Below, piece by piece: positions 28,092-36,908 of a stretch of 64,000 nt of DNA. Position 1 is the stretch's first letter. Every line of letters starts with the position of its first letter. The notes under the pieces were generated by a model. It searched no databases, was not told the origin of the DNA, and was given only the letters and a program-made list of their open reading frames with translations. The position numbers and the translations under genes are program-made. The stretch lies in assembly GCA_934201705.1 (NCBI GenBank), contig CAKPXF010000001.1:66783-130782 (forward strand), written 5' to 3'. Origin of the DNA: an uncultured Bacilli bacterium. Its GTDB lineage: Bacteria; Bacillota_I; Bacilli_A; RFN20; CAG-631.

Positions 28092-29036
28092 TTATTTCAA
28101 TAAATTATCTCCTTCTTTATTAATTATTTTTATAGCACTATCAATATTATTTAATATGCTATTTGGTAATTTATTATGCTCAATTTTGTTAATTGAGTAA
28201 GCACTTAGGTGTGCATGATTTTTAAATAAATCATCCTTAGATTTTATTTTATTATTAATGTTGTAGCATAAATAGGCATACTCATCAAATTCACCATTAT
28301 TTTCTTTAATAGGCTTTCTATAAACTAAATAATAAGTATTCATATCATCTTTATAAGTAACAATATCACCATAATCAAATAAAAATGGAATTTCTAAGCC
28401 AATTTCTTCATCAAATGGATAATATGGTTTCTTTTCACGTGGATCATTTTTTTGATAAAACCTTGTAGATTTATCTTCAATATCATTAAATCTTTTGACA
28501 TCCTTTAAAGCTATTTTAAATAATTTCTTTTCATATTTTGATTTAGTAAAATAGCTTAATTCTTTAAAAAGCAAATATTTATTTCCTTTTATAAAATTTG
28601 TTGCTAAGGTTGCCCATTGTTGTAAAGATAAGCTATCAGCATTGTCTTTAAGAATTTGTTTTATTTCCTTTGAATAGATATATTCAAGAATGATATCTTG
28701 TAAATCATCAAGCAATAATTCCTCATCATCGAAAACAAACTTTCTAATTAAAATATGTGCAATAATTTTATGCTTTGGATAGCTTCTAATTATTTTTATT
28801 GGAATTAATGAATATACAAGAGTGAGTAGATATAATAGAATAGTCAATATCCAAAAATATACATCAAAATGTAAAGTATTATGATTTAAAAAAATCGAAA
28901 TGCCTAAAGTAATACTACCAAGCATAAAGAAACAAATAGGCGCAGCAATCAAGGTATATTTTATCCAAGGTATATATTCTGCTTTAATTTTTCCATTAAA
29001 CCAATCTTTTTCCATTTTATCTCCTTTCTTATTCAA
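28092..29036 (-). CDS. Membrane protein of unknown function (3 N-terminal TM helices plus a ~200-aa cytoplasmic domain)
   Basis: 314-aa ORF with hydrophobic segments in residues ~25-100 and good coding periodicity. No recognisable motifs. Confidence 0.5.
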   Translation of the reverse strand: MNKKGDKMEKDWFNGKIKAEYIPWIKYTLIAAPICFFMLGSITLGISIFLNHNTLHFDVYFWILTILLYLLTLVYSLIPIKIIRSYPKHKIIAHILIRKFVFDDEELLLDDLQDIILEYIYSKEIKQILKDNADSLSLQQWATLATNFIKGNKYLLFKELSYFTKSKYEKKLFKIALKDVKRFNDIEDKSTRFYQKNDPREKKPYYPFDEEIGLEIPFLFDYGDIVTYKDDMNTYYLVYRKPIKENNGEFDEYAYLCYNINNKIKSKDDLFKNHAHLSAYSINKIEHNKLPNSILNNIDSAIKIINKEGDNLLK

Positions 29037-29162
29037 ATAATTTCTTTTGTGCTAGTAATTTTTTTACAAATATAAATAGCAATTTCAAGTTTCGTAAAAA
29101 TACTTTAATTATTTAAACACCAATTTTAATCGAACTATTTTTATCTATTAAAAATCATATAA

Positions 29163-29432
29163 CTATTTTACATTATTAATAATTCCTTTAATAAAAGAAC
29201 TTAATTCAATTTTTCCTTCATCTTTTTCAGAATCATTAAGTGCTTCATTTAATAAAAAAGCGGTTTGTAGCTTAGTAATAGTTTGTTCATATAATTCAAC
29301 ACTCATAATAATCATATCACTATAGCTGTTTTTAGTAATAATGATTGGAGAGTCATTCTCCTTACATATTTTTGAAATTTTTGCTGTATTTTTAAGTTCT
29401 TTAATTGGTAGTATTTTTGGTAATATTTGCAT
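29163..29432 (-). CDS. Phd/YefM-family type II antitoxin-like protein (orphan; no cognate toxin gene adjacent)
   Basis: The Phd/YefM pattern is recognisable: PIKELKNTAKISKICKENDSPIIITKNSYSDMIIMSVELYEQTITKLQTAFLLNEAL. The start is taken at the internal Met (MQILPK). Confidence 0.55.
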   Translation of the reverse strand: MQILPKILPIKELKNTAKISKICKENDSPIIITKNSYSDMIIMSVELYEQTITKLQTAFLLNEALNDSEKDEGKIELSSFIKGIINNVK

Positions 29433-29641
29433 AATATCCTTCTTGTATTTTATTGTGTCGTTTCTATGAAACAATTATATCATAGGCTTAGTAAAAATGA
29501 ATAGTAAAAAATCTTTGATACAAAATCGGAGATAATGAAAGAAATTAATCCTCATCAATTTTGTTTTCATGCTTTTGTTAATATAAATCGATAGTTTTCT
29601 AGTTCATCCTTATTCATGCTTACATTTTTTCTAGAAGATTG

Positions 29642-30988
29642 TTATTTCAAAACTTCCCAATAACCATTTTTGTTTGAACCAACTCTTCTAAGTAATTCTT
29701 TTCCTTTCAATGATTTTATGATTCTATCAATTGTTCGGCTTGAAAGACCAGTTTGTTTGATAACTTCATCTTTTATTGCAGTTTTATTGTTTTTAAAAAC
29801 TGTTAAAACAGAAAATTCTTCTTCAGATAATTCGCCATTTATTTCGCCATTTATTTCGCCATTTATTTCGCCAACTTTATTTCTATCCATTCTAGAAAAT
29901 TCAATTGTAAAATCATTTTCATTATTAATGTATGAAATGTCTACTTTAGCTTCTTTGCACAAACGATATACCTTTTTCAATCCATGTCCACATGTTTCAA
30001 CATCTTTGCAAAGATATAATACATCGGCAATCGATTAATTCCTTAAATACGATTTTAAATCTCTATAAAAAAAATCATTTGGGGTATAATCATTAGCAAA
30101 TGAACCTGGATTAATAATCGCTATTCTATTTGAATAAATATCTATCTCATGTTGAACATTTCCATCGTATCTTGCATGAGCAAAACTATTAATGATAACT
30201 TCACGCAAAGCGACTAGAGGAATTTCTGGGATTTCTTTTCTTTGTGGTGATGCACCATCAATAATCACTTTCCATCTTATATTTTTTATTACAAAATCCA
30301 TTGCTTCATCGATTAATTCAAAAATATTGCCTTTAATTGTTTTCATGTCTAAAATTGTAACTCTTTCACTTGTAGCAAATACGACCAATTTTAAAGTAAT
30401 TGGATTAGTATTTCCAAAAAGCATTACACCAGCATTTGTTAAAAAACCATTTCTAAGTAAATTATGTTTAATCAACAATGTCTCTTTATCAAATTCAATT
30501 TTTGGCAATCTACCACACTCTGTCGCGTTTTCATAAAATTTCAACAAGCACTCTTCTTTAACATCAGCAGCAGTATATGAAGTTAATTTGTCACACCAAT
30601 TTTCTTCATATTCTTTTGAAATCATCATTTTTCTAAGTTCACTTGGTGTTAATTCTCTATCCTCATCCGCAATTCTTATATAATATCTTCCGAATGCTTA
30701 ATATGGAGTATCATTTCCAGAAAAATCGACCTTTATAACATCAATCCCATCAATTGATACAATTTCAATTTTTGGGAAAATTTGAGGTTTGATTGCTTCA
30801 TAAATTTTTCTAGAAATATCTCTTAAAGTGGAGTCGTTAATTTCAAATTTAAATGGAGTTCCATCATTTCTGATTCCGAAAAAAAGTTCTCCAGGCTGAT
30901 GTTTGTTTAATATACTTACGATGGATACAATGCCTTCAGTTATTTCTCTTGTTGTTTCCTTAAATTTTCTTGTTTCGTTTTCAACCAT
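29642..30988 (-). pseudogene. Disrupted gene for an AlbA_2 (Schlafen-like) / HATPase_c_4 / C-terminal wHTH transcriptional regulator, split into three ORF fragments
   Basis: The 30698..30988 fragment has the AlbA_2-like N-terminal domain and 30035..30628 the ATPase-like middle domain (EIPLVALREVIINSFAHARYD). The 29642..29980 fragment has the C-terminal winged-HTH (LSSRTIDRIIKSLKGKELLRRVGSNKNGYWEVL). Fragments are in different frames or separated by stops. Confidence 0.6.
29831..29870. repeat. 12-bp tandem repeat (ttcgccatttat x ~3.3) inside the pseudogene, encoding (EING)n
   Basis: Direct reading: ttcgccattt atttcgccat ttatttcgcc atttatttcg cc. Minus-strand translation gives GEINGEINGEINGE. 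Confidence 0.85.
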
Positions 30989-31169
30989 AAATCAATCCTC
31001 TAACTGTATTAATTATGTGAATTTTGACGAAATAAATCAATAATATGGCGAAATATTTTTTAATGACGCATTATTTTTCATGGGTCAAAAATTAATATGA
31101 ATTAAGCTCTCATAAAAATTAAAAAAAGTTTGACACATTTTATTGTGTCAAACTAATTGCTTCAATAAT

Positions 31170-31253
31170 GTAAGCGGTAATAGCATAGTAGCAATGTTAG
31201 CCCCTACTTATAATCGTGTAAAATTTTAGCATCATTTGTATTAAATCGTGTAA
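31170..31253. repeat. Left copy of a ~45-bp imperfect direct repeat (att-like) flanking a ~3-kb island
   Basis: gtaagcgGtAAtagcatagtagcaaTgttagc...aatcgtgtaaaa matches 34209..34256 (gtaagcgCtGGtagcatagtagcaaGgttagcattaaatcgtgtaaaa). An extra partial copy attaaatcgtgtaa follows. Confidence 0.6.
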
Positions 31254-31296
31254 TTTATTCGCATCTTTTAGCACCTTGTTTTTTAAAGGTTCATTA

Positions 31297-31629
31297 TTAA
31301 TCCAATTCACGAAGTTGGTCAGATATTAAATCATTTAATTCAAACGAACCATCATTTAAAATATTGAGTCTGTCCTTGATTTTGGTAATTAACTCTTTTA
31401 ATTCATTGAGATGTTCTTTCGCAATTATAGTATTAAATCTACAAGCTTCATCCTCATCAAATTCATAGAATGAACTATACAATGCAGAAGCTTTTTCATT
31501 CAAATCATTTAGTTCAAAATCGTTATCAATAATGTCAATTCCAGTAACCAATTTATTTTTACTAGTACTAAATACATCTTTAACAATTGGTCCAATTAAA
31601 AAATCTAATTCCAACTTTATTATTTTCAT
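31297..31629 (-). CDS. Small acidic protein, putative immunity protein for the upstream toxin-like gene
   Basis: 110 aa, acidic, no TM segments. It lies immediately downstream (3-nt gap) of the toxin-like ORF, the typical toxin-immunity arrangement. Confidence 0.45.
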   Translation of the reverse strand: MKIIKLELDFLIGPIVKDVFSTSKNKLVTGIDIIDNDFELNDLNEKASALYSSFYEFDEDEACRFNTIIAKEHLNELKELITKIKDRLNILNDGSFELNDLISDQLRELD

Positions 31630-31631
31630 TT

Positions 31632-32117
31632 TTACTTACCTCCATCTATTGGGTACATTGAAACAATATAACCATTGGTTCCTATGGCACCAAGTGTATA
31701 ATACTTTCCTTTGTATAAATATATTTTTTCAAGTCCCATTTTGCCATTGCTTAGAATTTTCTCTTGAGAATGAACAACAACACCATATTTTATCACATTT
31801 CTTAGGTGGCAAACTAAGTGTTTTTCTTGAATGTTGTGCTTCCTTATAAAGTCATTAGTATGTTTTTTAATGTGTTCTAATCCTTTAGTTGCATTTCCGT
31901 TTTCAAGCCATACAACTTGTCCGTTTTTATCTTTAGCAGTAAAAACAACATTTTTAGGACTAATCTTTACACCACTTTTTAGTAGTTCAGCAAGTAATGG
32001 GGCTTTGCTTATGAGGTCACTTTTTTCGTTTTGAAGATTAATTTGTCCACCTTTTGTTCCAAGTCCATTCCCTTTTGAACCATTACTATATTTACTACCT
32101 TGTCCCATATATCGCAT
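31632..32117 (-). CDS. Toxin-like C-terminal domain protein with a Gly-rich pre-toxin linker (orphan polymorphic-toxin module; family not recognised)
   Basis: The ORF begins without an N-terminal delivery domain and has a Gly-rich stretch (GQGSKYSNGSKGNGLGTKGG) followed by a ~150-aa His/Lys-rich domain (LEHIKKHTNDFIRKH...HLVCHLRN). It is followed by a small acidic ORF. The start is uncertain (internal Met used). Confidence 0.4.
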   Translation of the reverse strand: MRYMGQGSKYSNGSKGNGLGTKGGQINLQNEKSDLISKAPLLAELLKSGVKISPKNVVFTAKDKNGQVVWLENGNATKGLEHIKKHTNDFIRKHNIQEKHLVCHLRNVIKYGVVVHSQEKILSNGKMGLEKIYLYKGKYYTLGAIGTNGYIVSMYPIDGGK

Positions 32118-32826
32118 CCTCCTTCTTATACATGTCAATCTTAGAATGAGGAATGATAATCTTAATTCCCTTAGATTTTGCATATCCAAAGATTTCATCA
32201 AAATTAGATTCGGTAACAAAACCATAAACTAATATTGTCTTAGGCTCTATTCTATCAACAGCTTCTTTAAGTCCATCTAAGAACATTTTCTTATTTTCTT
32301 TGTCTTTAATTTGACCCAAGATACTGATTGCGATATTAGAACCTTTCATTATTCCATCAAAAGCAAACTCATAACTAAAATCAAAAGTCCATCAAATATT
32401 TGGAATAATGATTGCATTTGTATTGTCTTTCAACCAAGCCATACATATTCTTGATTTATAAATATTAAACATTTGTAATGGAACTGGAAAATCACCATAA
32501 AGTGAATAATCAGGGCCAATTATATATTTAATATTTTTAAATCTTTCACGGAACAATATTAATCTCTTTTCATCTTGGTAGATGATTGAATTAAAAAGTC
32601 CGTGAATTCCATCGAATACATGGTCATACTGATAAAAACAAACGCATGTATTGTTAGTTTTTTGATAATCCTGTAAGTCTGAATACAATGATAAATAATC
32701 TATTTTACTTATATCATCAAAACAACCATTTATAGGCATATCATAATCACCTTCAAAAGAAAGTGATTCAAGCAAATAAACACCAAAGATGTCTTTAAAA
32801 CCATTCCTTACATTATATCTTGCCAT
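32095..32826 (-). pseudogene. Frameshifted gene, hypothetical protein (possibly DUF4417-like), split into 144-aa and 84-aa ORFs
   Basis: Two consecutive minus-strand ORFs (32392..32826 and 32095..32349) sit in different frames with a ~40-nt gap. Together they give ~228 aa and contain a GPDYSLYGDFP motif. Confidence 0.35.
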
Positions 32827-32967
32827 ATACTGCCTCCACTAAATGAAGGAGTTGGCAAACAAATGCAAGAAACAAATTTTAAAAAAAATAAATAATTTTA
32901 TGTGCATTGTTGCACCTCCTGTTCTTAATTTTTTTAGTCTTTCTAACGAGAAAAGCTCATTGAAGAC

Positions 32968-32997
32968 TTGATATTTTTAAGACAGTTGTGCTATAAT
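32968..32997 (+). promoter_or_regulatory. Sigma-A-type promoter (TTGATA, 18 nt, TATAAT with upstream TG)
   Basis: cTTGATAtttttaagacagttgTGcTATAATg drives a ~70-nt transcript that ends at the terminator at 33037..33072. Confidence 0.5.
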
Positions 32998-33024
32998 GTG
33001 TTTACTTAAGGTGGCATCATAGCA

Positions 33025-33057
33025 TGCTGTCTAGACGACTCAAACCACTGCAATGAT
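33025..33057 (+). CDS. Putative 10-codon micro-ORF (MLSRRLKPLQ) with a strong RBS, within a short promoter-terminator unit
   Basis: AAGGTGG RBS, 9-nt spacer, then ATG CTG TCT AGA CGA CTC AAA CCA CTG CAA TGA. The ORF overlaps the terminator stem. Coordinates are approximate. Confidence 0.25.
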
Positions 33058-33072
33058 TTGGGTCTTTTTTAT
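33037..33072 (+). terminator. Rho-independent terminator (GACUCAAA / UUUGGGUC stem followed by U6)
   Basis: 8-bp stem with one G-U pair and a 12-nt loop, followed by ttttttatttc. Confidence 0.55.
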
Positions 33073-33091
33073 TTCAATTAAGATGATTATA

Positions 33092-33661
33092 TTATTCTGA
33101 TTTAACTACCCATCTTAAAAAATATTTAGTTTGTTCATTAGAACTATCTGTTCTACTTACAACTTGTTTAAATGTATAATTTTTGCATTTTTCGTAAGGA
33201 ATCATTATCTCCCCACATAATGACATAGCTTGCCATTCCATACTTTTATATCGTGGCAATTCTTTATCTTTTAGACTTCTTGCATACACTAGTCCATTTT
33301 CACCTTTATATAATACTGGACCAGCATCAAATATATGAATCAAGATAAAATGACACATTTCATGACAAATAATTCCTAGACTAGCCCTATCACCATTTAC
33401 TGCTTTTTCATATACTTTTTCACGTATTTTAATACAATAAAGATCGTTGCCTTCTGGAACTAATTCTGCCATTACATTTGTCTCAAATTCATCATTTGGC
33501 AAAATACGATAATAAAGATTATTAGAAAATTTATCTATTAACTTTTCAAGTGCTTTTAAAACAGGAAATTTAACAGTCTTAATTTTTAACAATCTTCTAG
33601 CAAATTTAGATATTTCCCTTATCTGCATTCTACTCAAAGGTAATCTTGATTCATAATCCAT
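33092..33661 (-). CDS. ImmA/IrrE-family metallopeptidase (DUF955; HEXXH zinc protease), mobile-element anti-repressor type
   Basis: 189 aa containing HEMCHFILIH (HExxH) in a DUF955-like context. It is co-directional with and overlaps the end of the upstream XRE repressor gene. Confidence 0.7.
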   Translation of the reverse strand: MDYESRLPLSRMQIREISKFARRLLKIKTVKFPVLKALEKLIDKFSNNLYYRILPNDEFETNVMAELVPEGNDLYCIKIREKVYEKAVNGDRASLGIICHEMCHFILIHIFDAGPVLYKGENGLVYARSLKDKELPRYKSMEWQAMSLCGEIMIPYEKCKNYTFKQVVSRTDSSNEQTKYFLRWVVKSE

Positions 33662-34020
33662 TACTTGTCCTCCTTTAAAATATTGAAGATAAATTGAATT
33701 TCATCTTCATCTAATTCAGGAAGTTTTCTTTGAAATTGTACCGCCAACTTCTTTTGAGTTAACGGAACATTCTCTACATCAATTCTGACACTCTTCTTAT
33801 CTTCACAATATGCATTATAAAGTTCCTCATATTTTGAGTCAGTTAGATCATAATGTTTAGATAATTCATCCACCCAATTATCTGGTACACTTTTACCACC
33901 TGTTAAAACAGCAGAAACAAAAGACGTAGTTACGCCTAATAATTGAGCAATTGATAATAAGTTTTCATCATGGTCAATCATTTCTTTTCTAACTATTTTT
34001 CCGAATTTTGTGTATCCCAT
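33661..34020 (-). CDS. XRE-family HTH transcriptional repressor (ImmR-like)
   Basis: 119 aa. N-terminal HTH (LLSIAQLLGVTTSFVSAVLTGGKSVP). Paired with the ImmA-like gene, as in ICE/prophage immunity modules. Confidence 0.65.
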   Translation of the reverse strand: MGYTKFGKIVRKEMIDHDENLLSIAQLLGVTTSFVSAVLTGGKSVPDNWVDELSKHYDLTDSKYEELYNAYCEDKKSVRIDVENVPLTQKKLAVQFQRKLPELDEDEIQFIFNILKEDK

Positions 34021-34208
34021 ATTTTCGCTCCTTATGTAATCATTATTTTTGACGTCATTTTCTTAGATTACAACAATAGTATACACCTCATATATTATAT
34101 TGTCAACATCTTAGAAATAAAATTAACCATCAGGTTGATTAAATGGTGTTTCCTTTTTACTTTTTCTAAAAAAATTAAGATGAAAAGAAAAAACATCACG
34201 TTTGTAAC

Positions 34209-34256
34209 GTAAGCGCTGGTAGCATAGTAGCAAGGTTAGCATTAAATCGTGTAAAA
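34209..34256. repeat. Right copy of the ~45-bp imperfect direct repeat (att-like)
   Basis: See 31170..31253. 27/31 nt are identical in the core, plus a shared attaaatcgtgtaaaa tail. Confidence 0.6.
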
Positions 34257-34421
34257 GCAAAATAAAAAGTTGCTAATAGGGCCTCTAAATGAAGCTTACT
34301 AACGGCTTGCTAAACTAATAAAATTCTATTTTTGAAGTGAAATATCGTATTTTAAACGTCTTTTTTGCTATTTATGCAAAAAAAAGCCTGATAGCATTGT
34401 ATCAGACCTATTCTACTATTA

Positions 34422-34498
34422 TGGGGCGGATAATGGGGTTCGAACCCACGAATGACCGGTTCACAGCCGGTTGTGTTAACCACTTCACCATATCCGCC
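34422..34498 (-). tRNA. tRNA-His (anticodon GUG), with encoded G-1 and CCA
   Basis: Minus strand: G-GCGGATA...anticodon loop CUGUGAA...GGTTCGAACCC...TATCCGC-C-CCA. The acceptor stem is 7 bp, G-1 pairs with C73, and the T-loop is TTCGAAC. Confidence 0.8.
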
Positions 34499-34714
34499 AT
34501 ATATCCATAGCCATATTATTTTAACTTAAAATCAACAAAAATACAAGTGTATTAAGAAAAAAAATAGCAATTCCGTAATAAAATATGAATTTTTACGTAT
34601 TTATATTTCACTAATTAATAATTTATAAGCAAAAATTAAAAGATAAATATTAATTAATCATTATTAACATTAATTATATCTTCTACAGTAAATTTATCAT
34701 TTTCAAATGATAAT

Positions 34715-35227
34715 TTATTTAACTATTCCACAATTACCAATAAAGCTATCAAAAAGCTTACTATCATTTGATATTTTCATTAAAAAGCAACGAATAACTG
34801 TTCCATGAGAAACAATTAAAGTGGTATTATTTTTATTATCAGTAGCAATTTTAAAAATAGCATTATATATTCTATTTGTAAATCCATCAATACTTTCACC
34901 ACCATATTTTACAAAATAATCTCCATATGGAAAAGTTGGATTATATTTATTTGGCTTTGATTCTTTAATACCAAGTGATATTTCTTTTAAATCATCGCAC
35001 TCAATAAATGGTGCTTTGTCAGTTACTAATTTTGTTGTATCACATGCTTTTTTTAATGATGAGCTATATATAGCATCAAATTTAATATTATTTTCTTTAA
35101 AAAAGCTTTGAGCCTTAAGAGCTTGCTTTATTCCTTTTTCTGTTAGTGGAGAATCACATTGCCCTTGATTGACATTCATTAAATTAAATAAAGTTTCACC
35201 ATGCCTCATTAAATAAATTGTTTCCAT
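34715..35227 (-). CDS. Histidine phosphatase family protein (phosphoglycerate mutase-like)
   Basis: N-terminal RHG motif (YLMRHGETLFN), 170 aa. Confidence 0.65.
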   Translation of the reverse strand: METIYLMRHGETLFNLMNVNQGQCDSPLTEKGIKQALKAQSFFKENNIKFDAIYSSSLKKACDTTKLVTDKAPFIECDDLKEISLGIKESKPNKYNPTFPYGDYFVKYGGESIDGFTNRIYNAIFKIATDNKNNTTLIVSHGTVIRCFLMKISNDSKLFDSFIGNCGIVK

Positions 35228-35242
35228 AAATTTTAACCACTT

Positions 35243-35908
35243 TTAAATGTATTCATCTTTGACCCATTTTATTGGCAATTCACCATTCTTTTTTAAAAAA
35301 TCATTTGTTTTTGAAAAAGGCTTACTTCCAAAAAAGCCATTATAAGCAGAAAGAGGTGAAGGGTGAGCTGATGTTAACACTAAATGCTTTGGATTAGTTA
35401 AATATTTACTTTTTGAAATAGCATTTCTTCCCCATAAAATAAAAACTATTGGTCTATCTTGCTCATTTAATAATTTAATACAATTATCAGTAAATATTTC
35501 CCAACCATGATTAGCATGTGAATTTGCTAAATGCTCTCTAACAGTCAATGAAGTATTTAATAATAATACTCCTTGCTTAGCAAGATAATCTAAGTTACCA
35601 TCTTGATTTACCTTAACATTTAAGTCACTACTCATTTCTTTATAAATGTTAACTAAAGATGGAGGAAGCTTACTACATAAAACGCTAAATGCTAGCCCAT
35701 GAGCTTGATTAACCTCATGATATGGATCTTGGCCTAAAATGACAACCTTTGTATCACTTAATGAAGTAATAGAAAGAGCATGAAAAATATTTTTATATGG
35801 TGGAAAGCAAGTATATTTGGAATACTCATCCTTAACAAAATTCTTAAGTTTTATGTAATAATCCTTTTTTGATTCTTCTGCAATAAATTCCTTATAAGAT
35901 GTTATCAT
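35243..35908 (-). CDS. ung: Uracil-DNA glycosylase
   Basis: Family 1 UDG motifs GQDPYH (water-activating loop) and HPSPLSA (leucine-intercalation loop). 221 aa. Confidence 0.9.
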   Translation of the reverse strand: MITSYKEFIAEESKKDYYIKLKNFVKDEYSKYTCFPPYKNIFHALSITSLSDTKVVILGQDPYHEVNQAHGLAFSVLCSKLPPSLVNIYKEMSSDLNVKVNQDGNLDYLAKQGVLLLNTSLTVREHLANSHANHGWEIFTDNCIKLLNEQDRPIVFILWGRNAISKSKYLTNPKHLVLTSAHPSPLSAYNGFFGSKPFSKTNDFLKKNGELPIKWVKDEYI

Positions 35909-35967
35909 ACACTTTCCTCCTTTTAAGCAATAAAAAAGCCCTCATATTGAGAGCTTTATCAGTTAAA

Positions 35968-36046
35968 TGGTGGGACCAAAAAGATTCGAACTTTCGACCT
36001 CACCCTTATCAGGGGTGCGCTCTAGCCTACTGAGCTATGGTCCCAC
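35968..36046 (-). tRNA. tRNA-Ile (anticodon GAU)
   Basis: Minus strand: GGGACCA-TA-GCTCAGTAGGCTAGAGC-G-CACCC CTGATAA GGGTG-AGGTC-GAAAG TTCGAAT CTTTT-TGGTCCC-A-CCA. This is a complete cloverleaf. Confidence 0.8.
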
Positions 36047-36101
36047 AACGCTATGTTATTATAAAATAAAACTTAACGTTTGTCAATAGAAAAAATAATA
36101 A

Positions 36102-36896
36102 TTAGAATTTTTCGTTAATTCTTTTTACTGATAAAGCTTTTTTTGTATTTAAATCAATTGTAACTAATAATCCATTAATCATTGCTTTGCCTTTTAAAGC
36201 AATAACAGTTGGAGTACCTTCATATAATCTTTTAATGTATGAATTGTAATCATAGCCAATTACACTATCAACAGCTCCACACATACCAACATCGCTAATA
36301 TAAGCACAGCCATTTGGTAAAATCCTTTCATCAGCAGTTTGAACATGAGTATGTGTTCCATAAATTAATGAGGCTTTTCCATCAACAATATAACCAAACA
36401 AATTTTTTTCAGCAGTTATTTCTGAATGAAAATCAATAATATATATAGCATTAGGATTTTCATCATATATTTTTTCAAAATACTTGTAATATATTTCTTT
36501 TTCAAAGCTATTAAAGCTATGATCTCCCATTATATTAATAACTTTTATTTCTTTACCTTTAAAAAATAAGCTATATGATCTATGTGAATCAAACTTTTTA
36601 TCTAAGCTAGTTAAGTTAGCAGGAATTAATAAATTAGGTGCTTTGTCGATATAATCATATATTTCTTTATTACCAAATGTATGATTACCCATTGTCATAA
36701 CATCAATATTAGCATTTTTATAACGTAAATAATGCTTATAAGAAAGTCCATTGCCATGAGTAGTGTTTTCAACATTTGAGATAATAAAATCAAACTTATA
36801 TTTATTTTTTAAATAATCAACATGATCAGCCAAGCAATTTCTTCCTAAACGGCCAACAACATCGCCTGTAACCAATATTTTTACAACATCATTCAT
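36102..36896 (-). CDS. YmdB-family metallophosphoesterase (2',3'-cyclic-nucleotide phosphodiesterase-like)
   Basis: 264 aa. N-terminal ILVTGDVVGRLGR (TIGR00282-like) and metal-binding Asp/His motifs. Confidence 0.7.
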   Translation of the reverse strand: MNDVVKILVTGDVVGRLGRNCLADHVDYLKNKYKFDFIISNVENTTHGNGLSYKHYLRYKNANIDVMTMGNHTFGNKEIYDYIDKAPNLLIPANLTSLDKKFDSHRSYSLFFKGKEIKVINIMGDHSFNSFEKEIYYKYFEKIYDENPNAIYIIDFHSEITAEKNLFGYIVDGKASLIYGTHTHVQTADERILPNGCAYISDVGMCGAVDSVIGYDYNSYIKRLYEGTPTVIALKGKAMINGLLVTIDLNTKKALSVKRINEKF

Positions 36897-36908
36897 TTTT
36901 ATATTCCT

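Noticed and set aside
31170-34256. The 45-bp direct repeats as tRNA gene fragments (classic tRNA-3'-end att sites)
   Set aside because: The repeat has no T-arm or acceptor features (no GGTTCGAATCC-like or CCA end) on either strand. The genuine tRNA-His is a separate, intact gene ~170 bp away, so the repeats are reported only as att-like, not as a tRNA.
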